Positions 27,779-36,973 are shown, counted from the first letter of the stretch. The stretch is 64,000 nt of DNA from Clostridiales bacterium (GCA_004555155.1 SFJH01000004.1:28586-92585), one strand, 5' to 3'. The notes: a model not told the origin generated them from the sequence alone. Translations and numbers: made by a program.

Positions 27779-29449
27779 TCAACCCTCCGCAAACTCCACC
27801 GCGATCTCCGTTCCGACGCCCGGCTCGCTTTGGAGGGAGATGGGGGCGTGGTGGAAGGCGGCGATGTGCTTGACGATGGAGAGGCCGAGACCGGTGCCGC
27901 CGATGGCGCGGGAGTGGCTCTTGTCCACGCGGTAGAAGCGCTCGAAGATCTTCTCCCGGTGCTCGGGGGCGATGCCGATGCCGGTGTCGCGCACGGAAAG
28001 GCGCGCGCCGACGGCGGTGGGGGCGACGGCAACGGTCACGTCGCCGTTGGGGCGGTTGTATTTGATCGCGTTGTCGATCAGGTTGGTCAGCAGTTCGTCG
28101 ATCATCTGGGCGGAGCCCTGAACTGTCGCGGGGGTCAGATCGGTGCGGAAGGTCAGACCGGCGGCCTCGGCCCGGGGCTGCAGCCGCTCGCAGACGGATT
28201 GGGCGAGCCGGGCCAGGTCGACGGATTCGATCTCCACGGGCGCGGCCTCGTCCAGACGGGAGAGGTGAATGATGTCCTCCACCAGCTGCAGCAGCCGCTG
28301 CGCCGCATCGTGAATCTGCCCGGCGAAGCGCGCGGTGTCCTCCGGCGGCACCAGGACGCTCTGCATCAGCTCGGCGTAGCCGAGGATGGAGGTCAGGGGC
28401 GTCTTCAGCTCATGGGAGACGTTGGCGGAAAATTCGCGGCGGTTGCGCTCGGCCTCCACGCGCTCGGTCACATCGGGGATCAGCAGCAGGATGCCCTGGG
28501 TCTCGCCGTTTTCCACCACGGGGCTGGCGATCAGCTGTAGCACGCGGCCGCCCATGCGCATCAGTTCGCTGGAGGCTTCGCCGGATTCCGCGCTGCGGAT
28601 GACGTCCATCAGCTCCGTGCTGCGGTGCAGCGAGAGCATGTACTGGCCGGTGTAATCCGCTTCGCCCGCGCGGAAGATGCTCCGTGCGCTGCGGTTCATC
28701 ATCAGAATTTCGCCGCGGGCGTTGAGAATGACCAGTCCCTCGGACATGTTCTCCGTGATGGCCACGAACTCGCGCTGGCGGCGCTCCAGCTCCTGCATCT
28801 GGCTCTCGATGCGCCGGTTCTGAGCGGAGAGCCGCAGCAGCAGCGGCGTGAACTCGTCGTAGATTTCATTGTCTGCAGGGCGATCCAGATTCAGCGCGTC
28901 GATGGGGCGCAGGATGGAGCGGGTGGTGTGCCCGGACAGCGCGGAGCTGGCCAGCAGCGTGGGCGGAACGGCGACCGCCAGGCACAGCAGCGCGCCTGCC
29001 AGCACGCTGAACACGCTGCGCTGCGCGCCGGCGAGCCGCAGCACCCGCCCGTCGTCCAGGCGCTGCGCCAGATAGAAGGTCATCTCGTCCAGCGTGGCCG
29101 ACTGTCGGTGGGAAGCGCCGAAGCCGGTCTCCAGCGCGGAGGCGATCTCGGATCGCGCAGCGTGGTTCTCCATCTGCGCCGCGTCCGCGCCGGTGTCGGC
29201 CAGCACCGTTCCGTCCGGGGCGATCAGCGTCAGGCGGAAGCTGCCGGACTGCTCTGCCCACAGGGAAAACACCTCGTCGGGTTCCGGGGAGCGGTTCATC
29301 GCCGCCGACAGCAGCGAAAGCTCCGAATGCAGCTGGGCCTGAAAGCTCCGTGCGAATACGAAGTACAGCCCTGCGGACAGGATCAGGCTGAACACCAGCA
29401 GCGAAGCCAGCACGATGGCCACGGTGCTGCGATAGATGCGCGCTTTCAT
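27779..29449 (-). CDS. phoR: PhoR-type sensor histidine kinase
   Basis: 556 aa. Two TMs flank a ~140-aa extracytoplasmic region, followed by a PAS-like segment, an H-box FSANVSHELKTPLTSI, and an HATPase domain (NLIDNAIKYN, DTGIGI, GGTGLGLSI). It lies at the end of the pst locus. Confidence 0.8.
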   Translation of the reverse strand: MKARIYRSTVAIVLASLLVFSLILSAGLYFVFARSFQAQLHSELSLLSAAMNRSPEPDEVFSLWAEQSGSFRLTLIAPDGTVLADTGADAAQMENHAARSEIASALETGFGASHRQSATLDEMTFYLAQRLDDGRVLRLAGAQRSVFSVLAGALLCLAVAVPPTLLASSALSGHTTRSILRPIDALNLDRPADNEIYDEFTPLLLRLSAQNRRIESQMQELERRQREFVAITENMSEGLVILNARGEILMMNRSARSIFRAGEADYTGQYMLSLHRSTELMDVIRSAESGEASSELMRMGGRVLQLIASPVVENGETQGILLLIPDVTERVEAERNRREFSANVSHELKTPLTSILGYAELMQSVLVPPEDTARFAGQIHDAAQRLLQLVEDIIHLSRLDEAAPVEIESVDLARLAQSVCERLQPRAEAAGLTFRTDLTPATVQGSAQMIDELLTNLIDNAIKYNRPNGDVTVAVAPTAVGARLSVRDTGIGIAPEHREKIFERFYRVDKSHSRAIGGTGLGLSIVKHIAAFHHAPISLQSEPGVGTEIAVEFAEG

Positions 29450-29502
29450 CTTGCCTTTCCTCCGATGCGATAGCCGAAGCCGCGGATGGTCTCGACGCGC
29501 TG
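29446..29502 (-). pseudogene. 3' remnant (~18 codons) of an OmpR/PhoB-family response regulator
   Basis: Minus-strand frame reads ..QRVETIRGFGYRIGGKAR-stop, the characteristic C-terminal wHTH end (TxRGxGY). Its TGA overlaps the phoR ATG (ATGA). There is no receiver domain or start codon upstream. Confidence 0.6.
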
Positions 29503-29504
29503 GC

Positions 29505-29594
29505 GCTGGACTCGATGGCGTATTCGATCATGGTGCCCATGTCGATCAGATCGGCGTTGAGCTGGGAAAGCTGTTCGTCAAAGCGGGTTCTCAT
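29505..29594 (-). pseudogene. phoU: 5' remnant (~30 codons) of phoU
   Basis: ATG at 29594, 10 nt after GGGAGG and just after the pstB stop. It encodes MRTRFDEQLSQLNADLIDMGTMIEYAIESS, a typical PhoU N-terminus. The frame then runs into non-PhoU sequence that overlaps phoR out of frame. Confidence 0.6.
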
Positions 29595-29595
29595 G

Positions 29596-31029
29596 TCAGC
29601 CAAACCTCCCTGTGATGTAATCCTCGGTGCGCGAATCCCTCGGCGATGAGAACAGCTGCTCCGTGTCGCCGAATTCGACCAGATCGCCCAGCAGAAAGAA
29701 GCCGGTGCAGTCCGAGATGCGCAGCGCCTGCTGCATGTTGTGGGTGACGATCACGATGGTGTAGCGCTCCTTGAGGGGGAACGCCAGCTCCTCCACCTTG
29801 GAGGTGGAGATGGGATCCAGCGCGGAGGTGGGCTCGTCCATCAGCAGCACCTCCGGCTCCACGGCCAGCGCCCGGGCGATGCACAGCCGCTGCTGCTGCC
29901 CGCCGGACAGGCCCAGCGCGCTCTTCTTCAGCCGGTCCTTGACCTCGTCCCAGATGGCCGCGTCCCGGAGCGAGCGCTCCACGATCTCGTCCAGGCGCGC
30001 CCGGGCGCGGATGCCGTGGGTGCGCGGGCCGTAGGCGATGTTGTCGTAGACGGACATGGGGAAGGGGTTCGGCTTCTGAAAGACCATGCCCACCCGCCTG
30101 CGCAGGAGGTTGACGTCCATTCCGTGGTAGATATCCTCGCCATCCAGCGTGACCGAGCCGGTGATCTGGCAGCCCTCCACCAGATCGTTCATGCGGTTGA
30201 GGGATTTCAGCAGCGTGCTCTTGCCGCAGCCGGAGGGGCCGATCAGCGCGGTGATGCAATTTGAGGAGATGTCCATGTTGATGTTGGTCGTCAGCGTCCG
30301 CACGCCCTTCAGGATGGAATCGGGGATGCGCGGCTGATTGCCGGCCACCATGATTACCGCCATCGTCTCGCCGATGGCCCGGCCCACGCCCAGAATGATG
30401 CCGGCCATCACGCCGGACTTTGCGGCGGGGAGCACTGCGAAGAACGCGCTGCGCTCGTGGCTCGCGCCAAACACTAGGCTGCCCTCATAGCAGCTTTCCG
30501 GCACGGCCCGCAGCGCGGCCTCCGCCTGGCTGATGATGGTGGGCAGGATCATCATCGCCAGCAGGACGGATGCGGTCAGGATGCTGCTGCCCGTGCCGCC
30601 GAAGGTGTTGCGCACCAGCGGAACCAGCACCACCAGTCCGAAGAAGCCGTAGACCACCGACGGAATGCCCGCCAGCAGGTTGATTGTCGGCTTCAGCAGC
30701 CGGTACAGCGGCTTCGGGCAGAAGCGCGCCAGAAACAGCGCCGTCAGAATCGCCACCGGGACGCCCAGAACCAGCGCGCCTGCGGTGACATAGAGGCTGC
30801 CCACGATCATCGGAAAGATGCCGTAGAGGTCGTTGCCGAGCTTCCATTGTTTGCCCAGTAGGAAATTCAGGGGCCCGATTTCCAGGAAGGCGGGGATGCT
30901 GTTGGCGAACAGGAACACGCAGATCAGCGCCACTGCGGCGATGGAAGCGCAGGCCGCCAGCAGGAATACGCCGTGCATCGCCAGCTCCCGGAACTGCGAC
31001 CACGAGCGGGAAGGGTTGTTTTTCCTCAT
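29596..31029 (-). pseudogene. in-frame pstC'-'pstB fusion (pstC 3' end, all of pstA and the pstB 5' end are absent)
   Basis: Track ORF is 29596..31161. The likely start is the ATG at 31029 (alternative 31050). The N-terminal ~250 aa is PstC-like with 5 TMs and an EAA loop (..[35 protein letters not shown]). It joins directly to the PstB core ([22 protein letters not shown] .. [14 protein letters not shown] .. [11 protein letters not shown] .. EDYITGRFG). Confidence 0.7.
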
Positions 31030-31154
31030 ATGCTTACTATCCTTTTTCATCCCTTTCGACAGTGACAGAATAAATGGATGCCGTAAAGCCATCATACGGC
31101 AATGATCAAAAGCAGATGAAGTTTCTGAAAAGAATCGACTGCCGGAGAGTGCGG

Positions 31155-31194
31155 TTTTCAAAAACAGATCAGCCCCTGCGCGGGGCAGGGGCTG
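31155..31194 (-). terminator. intercistronic hairpin with T-tract between pstS and pstC
   Basis: Minus-strand read: cagcccctg-ccccgcg-caggggctg followed by atctgtttttg. This is typical of pstS-distal attenuation. Confidence 0.55.
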
Positions 31195-31210
31195 AGGGGA
31201 GGCGGGGGAT

Positions 31211-32041
31211 TCAGAAGTCCCAGCTGGTGATTTCGCCGGTGAAGATGGCCTTCACGGTCTCGGAGGAGATGTCGGTCAGCGGGTTCGCGGTATTGACGAT
31301 CACGGCGATGACGGTGCCGGTCAGACCCGCTGCGATTTCCTCATCCTTCAGATCGCGGGAAGCCATGCCGATGTCGCACAGGCCTTCGATGGCGCCGTTG
31401 ATGCCGGTGGTGGAGTCGCTCTGCTGGATCTCAATCTGGGCGTTGGGGTTGACGGCGGCGTAGGCCTCGGCCAGCTTCTCCATGACGGGGGTGACGGAGG
31501 AGGAGCCTGCGACCACAACCTTGCCCTCGGGAGCAGCGCCCGCATAGGCTTCGCTGCCTGCGACGGCGATGTAGCCGTTTGCTTCGATCACGGCCTGGCC
31601 TTCGGCGGAGAGAATGTAGCTGATGAAGTCCTGAGCGGCCTCGGACGCGCCGTCCCGGGCGGCGATGTTGAAGGGGCGGGCGATGGCGTAATCGCCGGAC
31701 TTGATGTTGTCAGCGGTGGCTTCCGCGCCGTCGATGTTCAGGGCCTTCACGGTGTCGTTCAGGGAGCCCATGGAGACGTAGCCGATGGCGCTGGGATCGC
31801 CCGCGACGCCGGTGAGCATCACGGAGGTGGAGTTGGTGATGATGGCCTCTTCGGTGGTATAGTCGACCTTTTCGCCGGCGTCGTTCTTCTGCTCGACGAC
31901 GAACAGCTCGATGAACGCGCCGCGGGCGCCGGAGCCGTCCTCGTGGGAGTAGACGGTGATGGCGCTCGACGCGTCGAATTCAGCAAATGCTGCGGCAGAC
32001 AGCAGGCACAGGGCCAGAAACAGACAGATGATCTTTTTCAT
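31211..32041 (-). CDS. pstS: PstS-family phosphate-binding protein with swapped (circularly permuted) halves
   Basis: 276 aa. Signal peptide [20 protein letters not shown], then the segment that is normally C-terminal ([16 protein letters not shown] .. AIGYVSMG .. YAIARPF .. EANGYIAV). The normally N-terminal segment comes last ([20 protein letters not shown] .. [13 protein letters not shown] .. [10 protein letters not shown] .. [13 protein letters not shown]-stop). Confidence 0.75.
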   Translation of the reverse strand: MKKIICLFLALCLLSAAAFAEFDASSAITVYSHEDGSGARGAFIELFVVEQKNDAGEKVDYTTEEAIITNSTSVMLTGVAGDPSAIGYVSMGSLNDTVKALNIDGAEATADNIKSGDYAIARPFNIAARDGASEAAQDFISYILSAEGQAVIEANGYIAVAGSEAYAGAAPEGKVVVAGSSSVTPVMEKLAEAYAAVNPNAQIEIQQSDSTTGINGAIEGLCDIGMASRDLKDEEIAAGLTGTVIAVIVNTANPLTDISSETVKAIFTGEITSWDF

Positions 32042-32088
32042 TTTCGTTTTCTCCTTTCATTCTGTACGCATACAGCATACAGCGCGCC

Positions 32089-32127
32089 CGTCACAGATGA
32101 ATATGATATCCGTCAAAAATGCGTAAA
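32089..32127 (-). promoter_or_regulatory. Pho-box-like array: four hexamers at exact 11-bp phasing upstream of pstS
   Basis: Minus-strand read: TTTACG-cattt-TTGACG-gatat-CATATT-catct-GTGACG, then TATGCT (-10-like) and an AGGAG RBS. It resembles the TT(A/T/C)ACA direct repeats bound by PhoP/PhoB. Confidence 0.55.
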
Positions 32128-32277
32128 CAGGCGGCAGATCCGGGAAAAGGCCGGATTTGCTGCATAAACATGTCCGATCGTTAATAATGTTCGCCGAATC
32201 GCGATATCGGATTTGTGCAATGAGCAAAAGGATCGCTTTTTATTTGTGAGTTTGGGTCAAAAAAGTTTCGTTTGGGG

Positions 32278-32306
32278 TTGATTTTTGCGCGTACAGTGAC
32301 TATAAT
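32278..32306 (+). promoter_or_regulatory. sigma-A-type promoter TTGATT-17-TATAAT for the sugar-uptake operon
   Basis: ggTTGATTtttgcgcgtacagtgacTATAATagt. Confidence 0.6.
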
Positions 32307-32376
32307 AGTATACATACTACATGCGAGGGTGAGCGCGGCGCGCGCGTCCGGGAGCATGAGAATGGAGTGAAGCGCC

Positions 32377-33336
32377 GTGAAGAACGGAGACAACGCAAAG
32401 GTCAGAAAGCGGATGTCGCTTAAGCAGTTTATTATCGCCAAGAGAATCAATCGGAACTGGCAGTTGTATCTGATGCTGATTCCGGTCATCGCCTTCTTTG
32501 CGGTGTTCTGTTATGCGCCAATGTACGGCATCACGCTGGCGTTCAAGGATTACAAGGTGCTCAAGGGCATCATGGGCAGTCCCTGGGCGAACCCGTGGTA
32601 CAAGTATTTCCTGCAGTTCTTCCAGTCCCCGTACTTCTCCCGCGTGCTGAGCAACACCATCATCGTTAGCCTGGAATCGCTGGTGCTGGGCTTCCCGCTG
32701 CCGATCATCCTGGCGCTGAGCCTGAACGAGGTCAAGTCCATCAAATACAAGAAGTTCGTTCAGAACATCACCTATGCGCCCCACTTCCTGTCCGTGCTGG
32801 TACTGGTGGGCGTCATCAAGGCGTTTACCAACTCCGATTACGGCATTGTCAACATCGTCATCCGCAAGCTGGGCGGCGAGGGCTACAACTGGATGCAGAA
32901 GGCCAGCCTGTTCCGGCCGCTGTACGTGGGCTCCGGCATCTGGCAGAACATCGGCTGGGACTCCATCATCTACATTGCGGCGCTGGCCGGCATCGACCCC
33001 GGCCTGCATGAGGCGGCCATGATCGACGGCGCGAACCGCATGCAGCGCATCTGGCACATCAACCTGCCGGGCATCATGCCCACGATGGTCATTCTGCTGA
33101 TTCTGAACTCGGGCCACATCATGAACGTCGGCTTCGAAAAGGTGTTCCTGATGCAGAACGACCTGAACCTGTCGGTCTCGGACGTGATCGCTACCTATTC
33201 CTATCGAATCGGCATTGAGAGCGCCCAGTACAGCCTGTCCACGGCCATCAGCCTGTTCAATTCGGTGATCAACTGCGCGCTGCTGGTGCTGGTGAATACC
33301 TGCTCCCGCAAGCTCAGCGAGACCAGCCTGTGGTAA
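32377..33336 (+). CDS. carbohydrate ABC transporter permease (LplB-like)
   Basis: 319 aa. N-terminus ..NWQLYLMLIPVIAFFAVFCYAPMYGITLAFKDY and an EAA-like loop (AALAGIDPGLHEAAMIDGANRMQRIWHINLP). Confidence 0.85.
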   Translation: MKNGDNAKVRKRMSLKQFIIAKRINRNWQLYLMLIPVIAFFAVFCYAPMYGITLAFKDYKVLKGIMGSPWANPWYKYFLQFFQSPYFSRVLSNTIIVSLESLVLGFPLPIILALSLNEVKSIKYKKFVQNITYAPHFLSVLVLVGVIKAFTNSDYGIVNIVIRKLGGEGYNWMQKASLFRPLYVGSGIWQNIGWDSIIYIAALAGIDPGLHEAAMIDGANRMQRIWHINLPGIMPTMVILLILNSGHIMNVGFEKVFLMQNDLNLSVSDVIATYSYRIGIESAQYSLSTAISLFNSVINCALLVLVNTCSRKLSETSLW

Positions 33337-33356
33337 TGGGGAAGGGGGAGTTTGAG

Positions 33357-34283
33357 ATGACGAAAGCAAAAAAGATCTCGGCGAACCATTCTGCCCTGGA
33401 CAGAATGTCCCACGGAGACAAGGTTTTTGAGGTGATCAACTGCATCTTTCTGGGCATCGTCGCCTGCATCATCCTGTATCCGCTGATCTACGTCGTCAGC
33501 GCGTCCTTCAGCGACGCCATGTCGGTCACGTCGGGCAAGATGATCCTCTGGCCGGTGGATCTGACGCTGGAGAACTATCAGGAGGTCTTCAAGAACGACA
33601 ACATCATGCGGGGCTACCGCAATTCGCTGATCATCATGGCCTCGGGCACGGCGCTCAACCTGGTGATGACCATTCTGGCGGCGTTCCCCATGTCCCGCCG
33701 CGACCTGTGGGGCCGCAACGTGCTGATGAAGCTGATGACCTTCTGCATGTTCTTCTCCGGCGGCCTGATCCCCACCTATCTGCTGGTGGGCAAGACGCTG
33801 GGCCTGATGAACAACTGGCTGGCGCTGATTCTGCCGGGCGCGATTTCGGTGTACAACATGATCATCATGCGCACCTATTTCTCCACGTCCATTCCGTATG
33901 AGCTGCACGAGGCGGCGGACATCGACGGCTGCACGCCCTTCGGAACGCTGATTCGCATCGTGCTGCCGCTGTCCGGCCCGATCATCGCGGTCATCGGACT
34001 GTACTACGCCGTGGGCCACTGGAACAGCTACTTCAGCGCCCTTCTGTACATCAACCAGGAAAACATCCAGCCCCTGCAGCTGTACCTGCGCAAGGTGCTC
34101 ACCGCCAACAATGCGCAGGCGCTGATGGAGATGGGCGCGGACGAAGCGGCCCGCGCGGCCATGCGCGCCGAGACGATCAAATACTCGGTCATCGTGGTCT
34201 CCAGCGTGCCGATGCTCATCATCTATCCGTTCGTACAGAAGTTCTTCGTCAAGGGCGTCATGATCGGCGCCGTCAAGGGTTGA
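33357..34283 (+). CDS. carbohydrate ABC transporter permease (LplC-like)
   Basis: Track ORF is 33330..34283. I prefer the ATG at 33357, which follows GGGGGAG. YPLIYVVSASFSD, and an EAA loop LHEAADIDGCTPFGTLIRIVLP. Confidence 0.85.
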   Translation: MTKAKKISANHSALDRMSHGDKVFEVINCIFLGIVACIILYPLIYVVSASFSDAMSVTSGKMILWPVDLTLENYQEVFKNDNIMRGYRNSLIIMASGTALNLVMTILAAFPMSRRDLWGRNVLMKLMTFCMFFSGGLIPTYLLVGKTLGLMNNWLALILPGAISVYNMIIMRTYFSTSIPYELHEAADIDGCTPFGTLIRIVLPLSGPIIAVIGLYYAVGHWNSYFSALLYINQENIQPLQLYLRKVLTANNAQALMEMGADEAARAAMRAETIKYSVIVVSSVPMLIIYPFVQKFFVKGVMIGAVKG

Positions 34284-34326
34284 TCCTTACCGCGCAAGCG
34301 GAGGAAAATATGGAGGAGGTATATCC

Positions 34327-35934
34327 ATGAAAAAGCGTCTGTTTGCTCTTATGATGGCGCTCGCGATGCTGCTTTCTGCCGGTGCGCTGGCGGAAATCAA
34401 TCCCGAGGGACTGCCCATCACCACTGAACCCATCGTGCTGACCGCTGCGTGCAGCCAGTCCGAAATTCAGGGCGACTTCAACGAGATCGTTATTCTGAAG
34501 GATTTCGAAGAGGCCTCCGGCATCGACATCCAGTATCAGAACATCCCCTCTTCCGACCGCGCCACCCAGCTGAGCCTGATGCTGGCCTCCGGCGAGGTTC
34601 CGGACATCCTGTTCAAGATGAGCGTTTCTTCCACCGACCAGGCCAAGTACGCGGAGGAAGGCATGTTCGTGGCCCTGTCCGACTATGAGGAGCTCATGCC
34701 CAACCTGATGAAGTACTTCGAGGAGTATCCCACCGCGAAGCAGGCCGTGACCCAGGCCGACGGCAAGATCTATGCCGCGCCCTACATCCTGACCGGCGAC
34801 GCCATCCGCGTTGGCTCCAAGATGTGGTTCAACACCGACGTTCTGGCCAAGCTGGACCTGGAAGTGCCCACCACGCTGGACGAGCTGTATGACTATCTGA
34901 CCGCCTGCAAGGGCCTGGATTACAACGGAAACGGCGAGGCCGACGAGATCCCGCTGACCTCCGCTTCCATCGATGAGATCGAGACCATTCTGTCCGGCTC
35001 CTTCGGCTGGATGAACCGCGGCTCCTCTCACCGCGACGTCTATGTCAACAAGGACGGCGCTCTGGCCTATGCCTATGCCAGCGACGAGTATCGCGAAGAG
35101 CTGAAGTACATGGCCAAGCTGTATGCCGACAAGCTGATCGACCAGGACATCTTCACCATGGACTATGCCCAGGAGATCGCCAAGGCTTCCACCGGCCGCG
35201 CGCTGACCTACATCATGGTCAACAACAGCCCCGTCTCCAACTCTGAGTTCGAGCAGTACACCCTCGGCATCAAGGAGCCCTTCACCGGCTACAATGGCGA
35301 GAAGATGTGGACCAACTACTCCCTGCCGGCCAGCACCTCCGGTCAGTTCCTGATCACCTACAAGTGCGCCGAGAAGGGCGAGGACTATGTGAAGGCCGCC
35401 GTTCGCTGGATGGACCACTGGTATTCCGACGAAGGCATCATCGCCTACTTCATGGGCGTTGAGGGCGTCACCTACGAGAAGGACGAGAACTCCCCCGGCG
35501 GACTGAAGCTGACCGACGCCGTGCTGAACAGCCCCGACGGCCGCACCTTCGAGCAGGTTCTGGCCGAGTACGTGCCGTGGGCCGGCGGCGCCAACCCCTC
35601 CGTCGCTTCCAACGAGTACTTCAAGGGCGGCGAGACCTGGCCGGTCTGCCTGGACGCCGTTGAAGGCCTGCGCAACTACTTCCCCGAGGAAGTCTGGGCT
35701 CCCTTCACCCGCTACTACACCACCGAAGAAGCTTCCGAGCTCTCCGCCATCAAGACCGAGCAGGAGAACTACTGGAAGGAGTGGCGCGCCTACTTCATCA
35801 CCGGCCAGAAGGACATCAACGACGACGCCGCCTGGGCTGAGTACGTTGCTGGCTACGCTGGTGTGAACAACGCCCGCTACATGGAGATCTACCAGAAGGG
35901 CTACGAGGCCTATGTCGCCGAGCAGGCTGCTTAA
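34327..35934 (+). CDS. extracellular solute-binding protein (LplA-like, large family-1 SBP)
   Basis: 535 aa. Signal peptide MKKRLFALMMALAMLLSAGALA. Typical large SBP that accompanies LplB/C permeases. Confidence 0.85.
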   Translation: MKKRLFALMMALAMLLSAGALAEINPEGLPITTEPIVLTAACSQSEIQGDFNEIVILKDFEEASGIDIQYQNIPSSDRATQLSLMLASGEVPDILFKMSVSSTDQAKYAEEGMFVALSDYEELMPNLMKYFEEYPTAKQAVTQADGKIYAAPYILTGDAIRVGSKMWFNTDVLAKLDLEVPTTLDELYDYLTACKGLDYNGNGEADEIPLTSASIDEIETILSGSFGWMNRGSSHRDVYVNKDGALAYAYASDEYREELKYMAKLYADKLIDQDIFTMDYAQEIAKASTGRALTYIMVNNSPVSNSEFEQYTLGIKEPFTGYNGEKMWTNYSLPASTSGQFLITYKCAEKGEDYVKAAVRWMDHWYSDEGIIAYFMGVEGVTYEKDENSPGGLKLTDAVLNSPDGRTFEQVLAEYVPWAGGANPSVASNEYFKGGETWPVCLDAVEGLRNYFPEEVWAPFTRYYTTEEASELSAIKTEQENYWKEWRAYFITGQKDINDDAAWAEYVAGYAGVNNARYMEIYQKGYEAYVAEQAA

Positions 35935-36130
35935 GGGCTGATCGCTGCCAATCGCCGTTTCGTGCTTGAATTCCACCGAAATGTGTGTTAGAATGTCATA
36001 GCAGGAAAATTCGGCAGACCGGAGCCGGGCTTTGCCCGGCTCCCGGCGTGCCGGAACGGGAGGAGGGAATTTGACGGCTTGTTCCGTTGAGTTCCCCTTT
36101 TTTCATGAAGATGAACAGGAGGTACGAAGA

Positions 36131-36955
36131 ATGAATGTCGGCATCGTGATCATTCATGCAAAGGAAGGCATGGCGGAGAAGTTTGCCAGCGCCGCGTCCC
36201 AGGGCTTCAAACACTGCCAGCTCATCAGCTGGGATCCCACCCTGTGGACCGACGAATCCGCCGAGGAGATCAAGCGCCTCAGCGCCGAGCACGGCGTTGA
36301 AATCACCGCGTTCTGGTGCGGCTGGGTCGGCCCGAAGCGCTGGAACTTCACCGAGGGCCCGGAGACGCTGGGCATCGTGCCGGTGGCCTATCGCGCGGAG
36401 CGCGTGCAGAACCTGCTGGACGGCGCGGCCTATGCCCGCAAGCTGGGCGTGGCGGACGTGGTGACCCATATGGGCTTCATCCCCGAAAACATGAGCGATC
36501 CCAACTATCCCGGCGTGGTGGCCGCGGTGAAGTGCATCGCCCAGGATTTGAAGAAGAACGGCCAGAATCTGCTGTTCGAGACCGGCCAGGAGACGCCCGT
36601 GGTGCTGCTCAGACTGTTCGAGGAGATCAACACCGGCAATCTGTTCCTGAATCTGGATCCCGCCAATCTGATCCTGTACGGCAAGGCCAATCCCGTGGAC
36701 GCGCTGGATGTGTTCGGCGATTACGTCCGCGGCGTGCACGCCAAGGACGGTCTCTATCCCACCAATGGCCGCGAACTGGGTCATGAGGTGAAGGTGGGCG
36801 AGGGCAAGGCCAACTTCCCCGCGCTGCTGAAGGGACTCAAGGAGCACGGCTTCGACGGCAGCCTGACCATCGAGCGCGAAATCTCCGGCGAGCAGCAGCT
36901 CATCGACATCAAGGAAACCCAGGAGTATCTGAACAACCTGATCGCTACGCTGTAA
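36131..36955 (+). CDS. sugar phosphate isomerase/epimerase (xylose-isomerase-like TIM barrel)
   Basis: Track ORF is 36032..36955. I prefer the ATG at 36131, which follows AGGAGG. LFETGQETP, NLDPANLILYG, HAKDG, TIERE: family-level motifs. Confidence 0.8.
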   Translation: MNVGIVIIHAKEGMAEKFASAASQGFKHCQLISWDPTLWTDESAEEIKRLSAEHGVEITAFWCGWVGPKRWNFTEGPETLGIVPVAYRAERVQNLLDGAAYARKLGVADVVTHMGFIPENMSDPNYPGVVAAVKCIAQDLKKNGQNLLFETGQETPVVLLRLFEEINTGNLFLNLDPANLILYGKANPVDALDVFGDYVRGVHAKDGLYPTNGRELGHEVKVGEGKANFPALLKGLKEHGFDGSLTIEREISGEQQLIDIKETQEYLNNLIATL

Positions 36956-36973
36956 AGATGAAGGTGAAATGAA

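Noticed and set aside
29446-32127. I considered interpreting the three pst-pho anomalies as a novel compact phosphate-uptake architecture.
   Set aside because: Topology argues against it: the ATPase would be fused after an outward-facing loop. The phoU remnant is out of frame with what follows. Deletion, rearrangement or an assembly artefact is the more economical reading, and only the PstS permutation might be functional.
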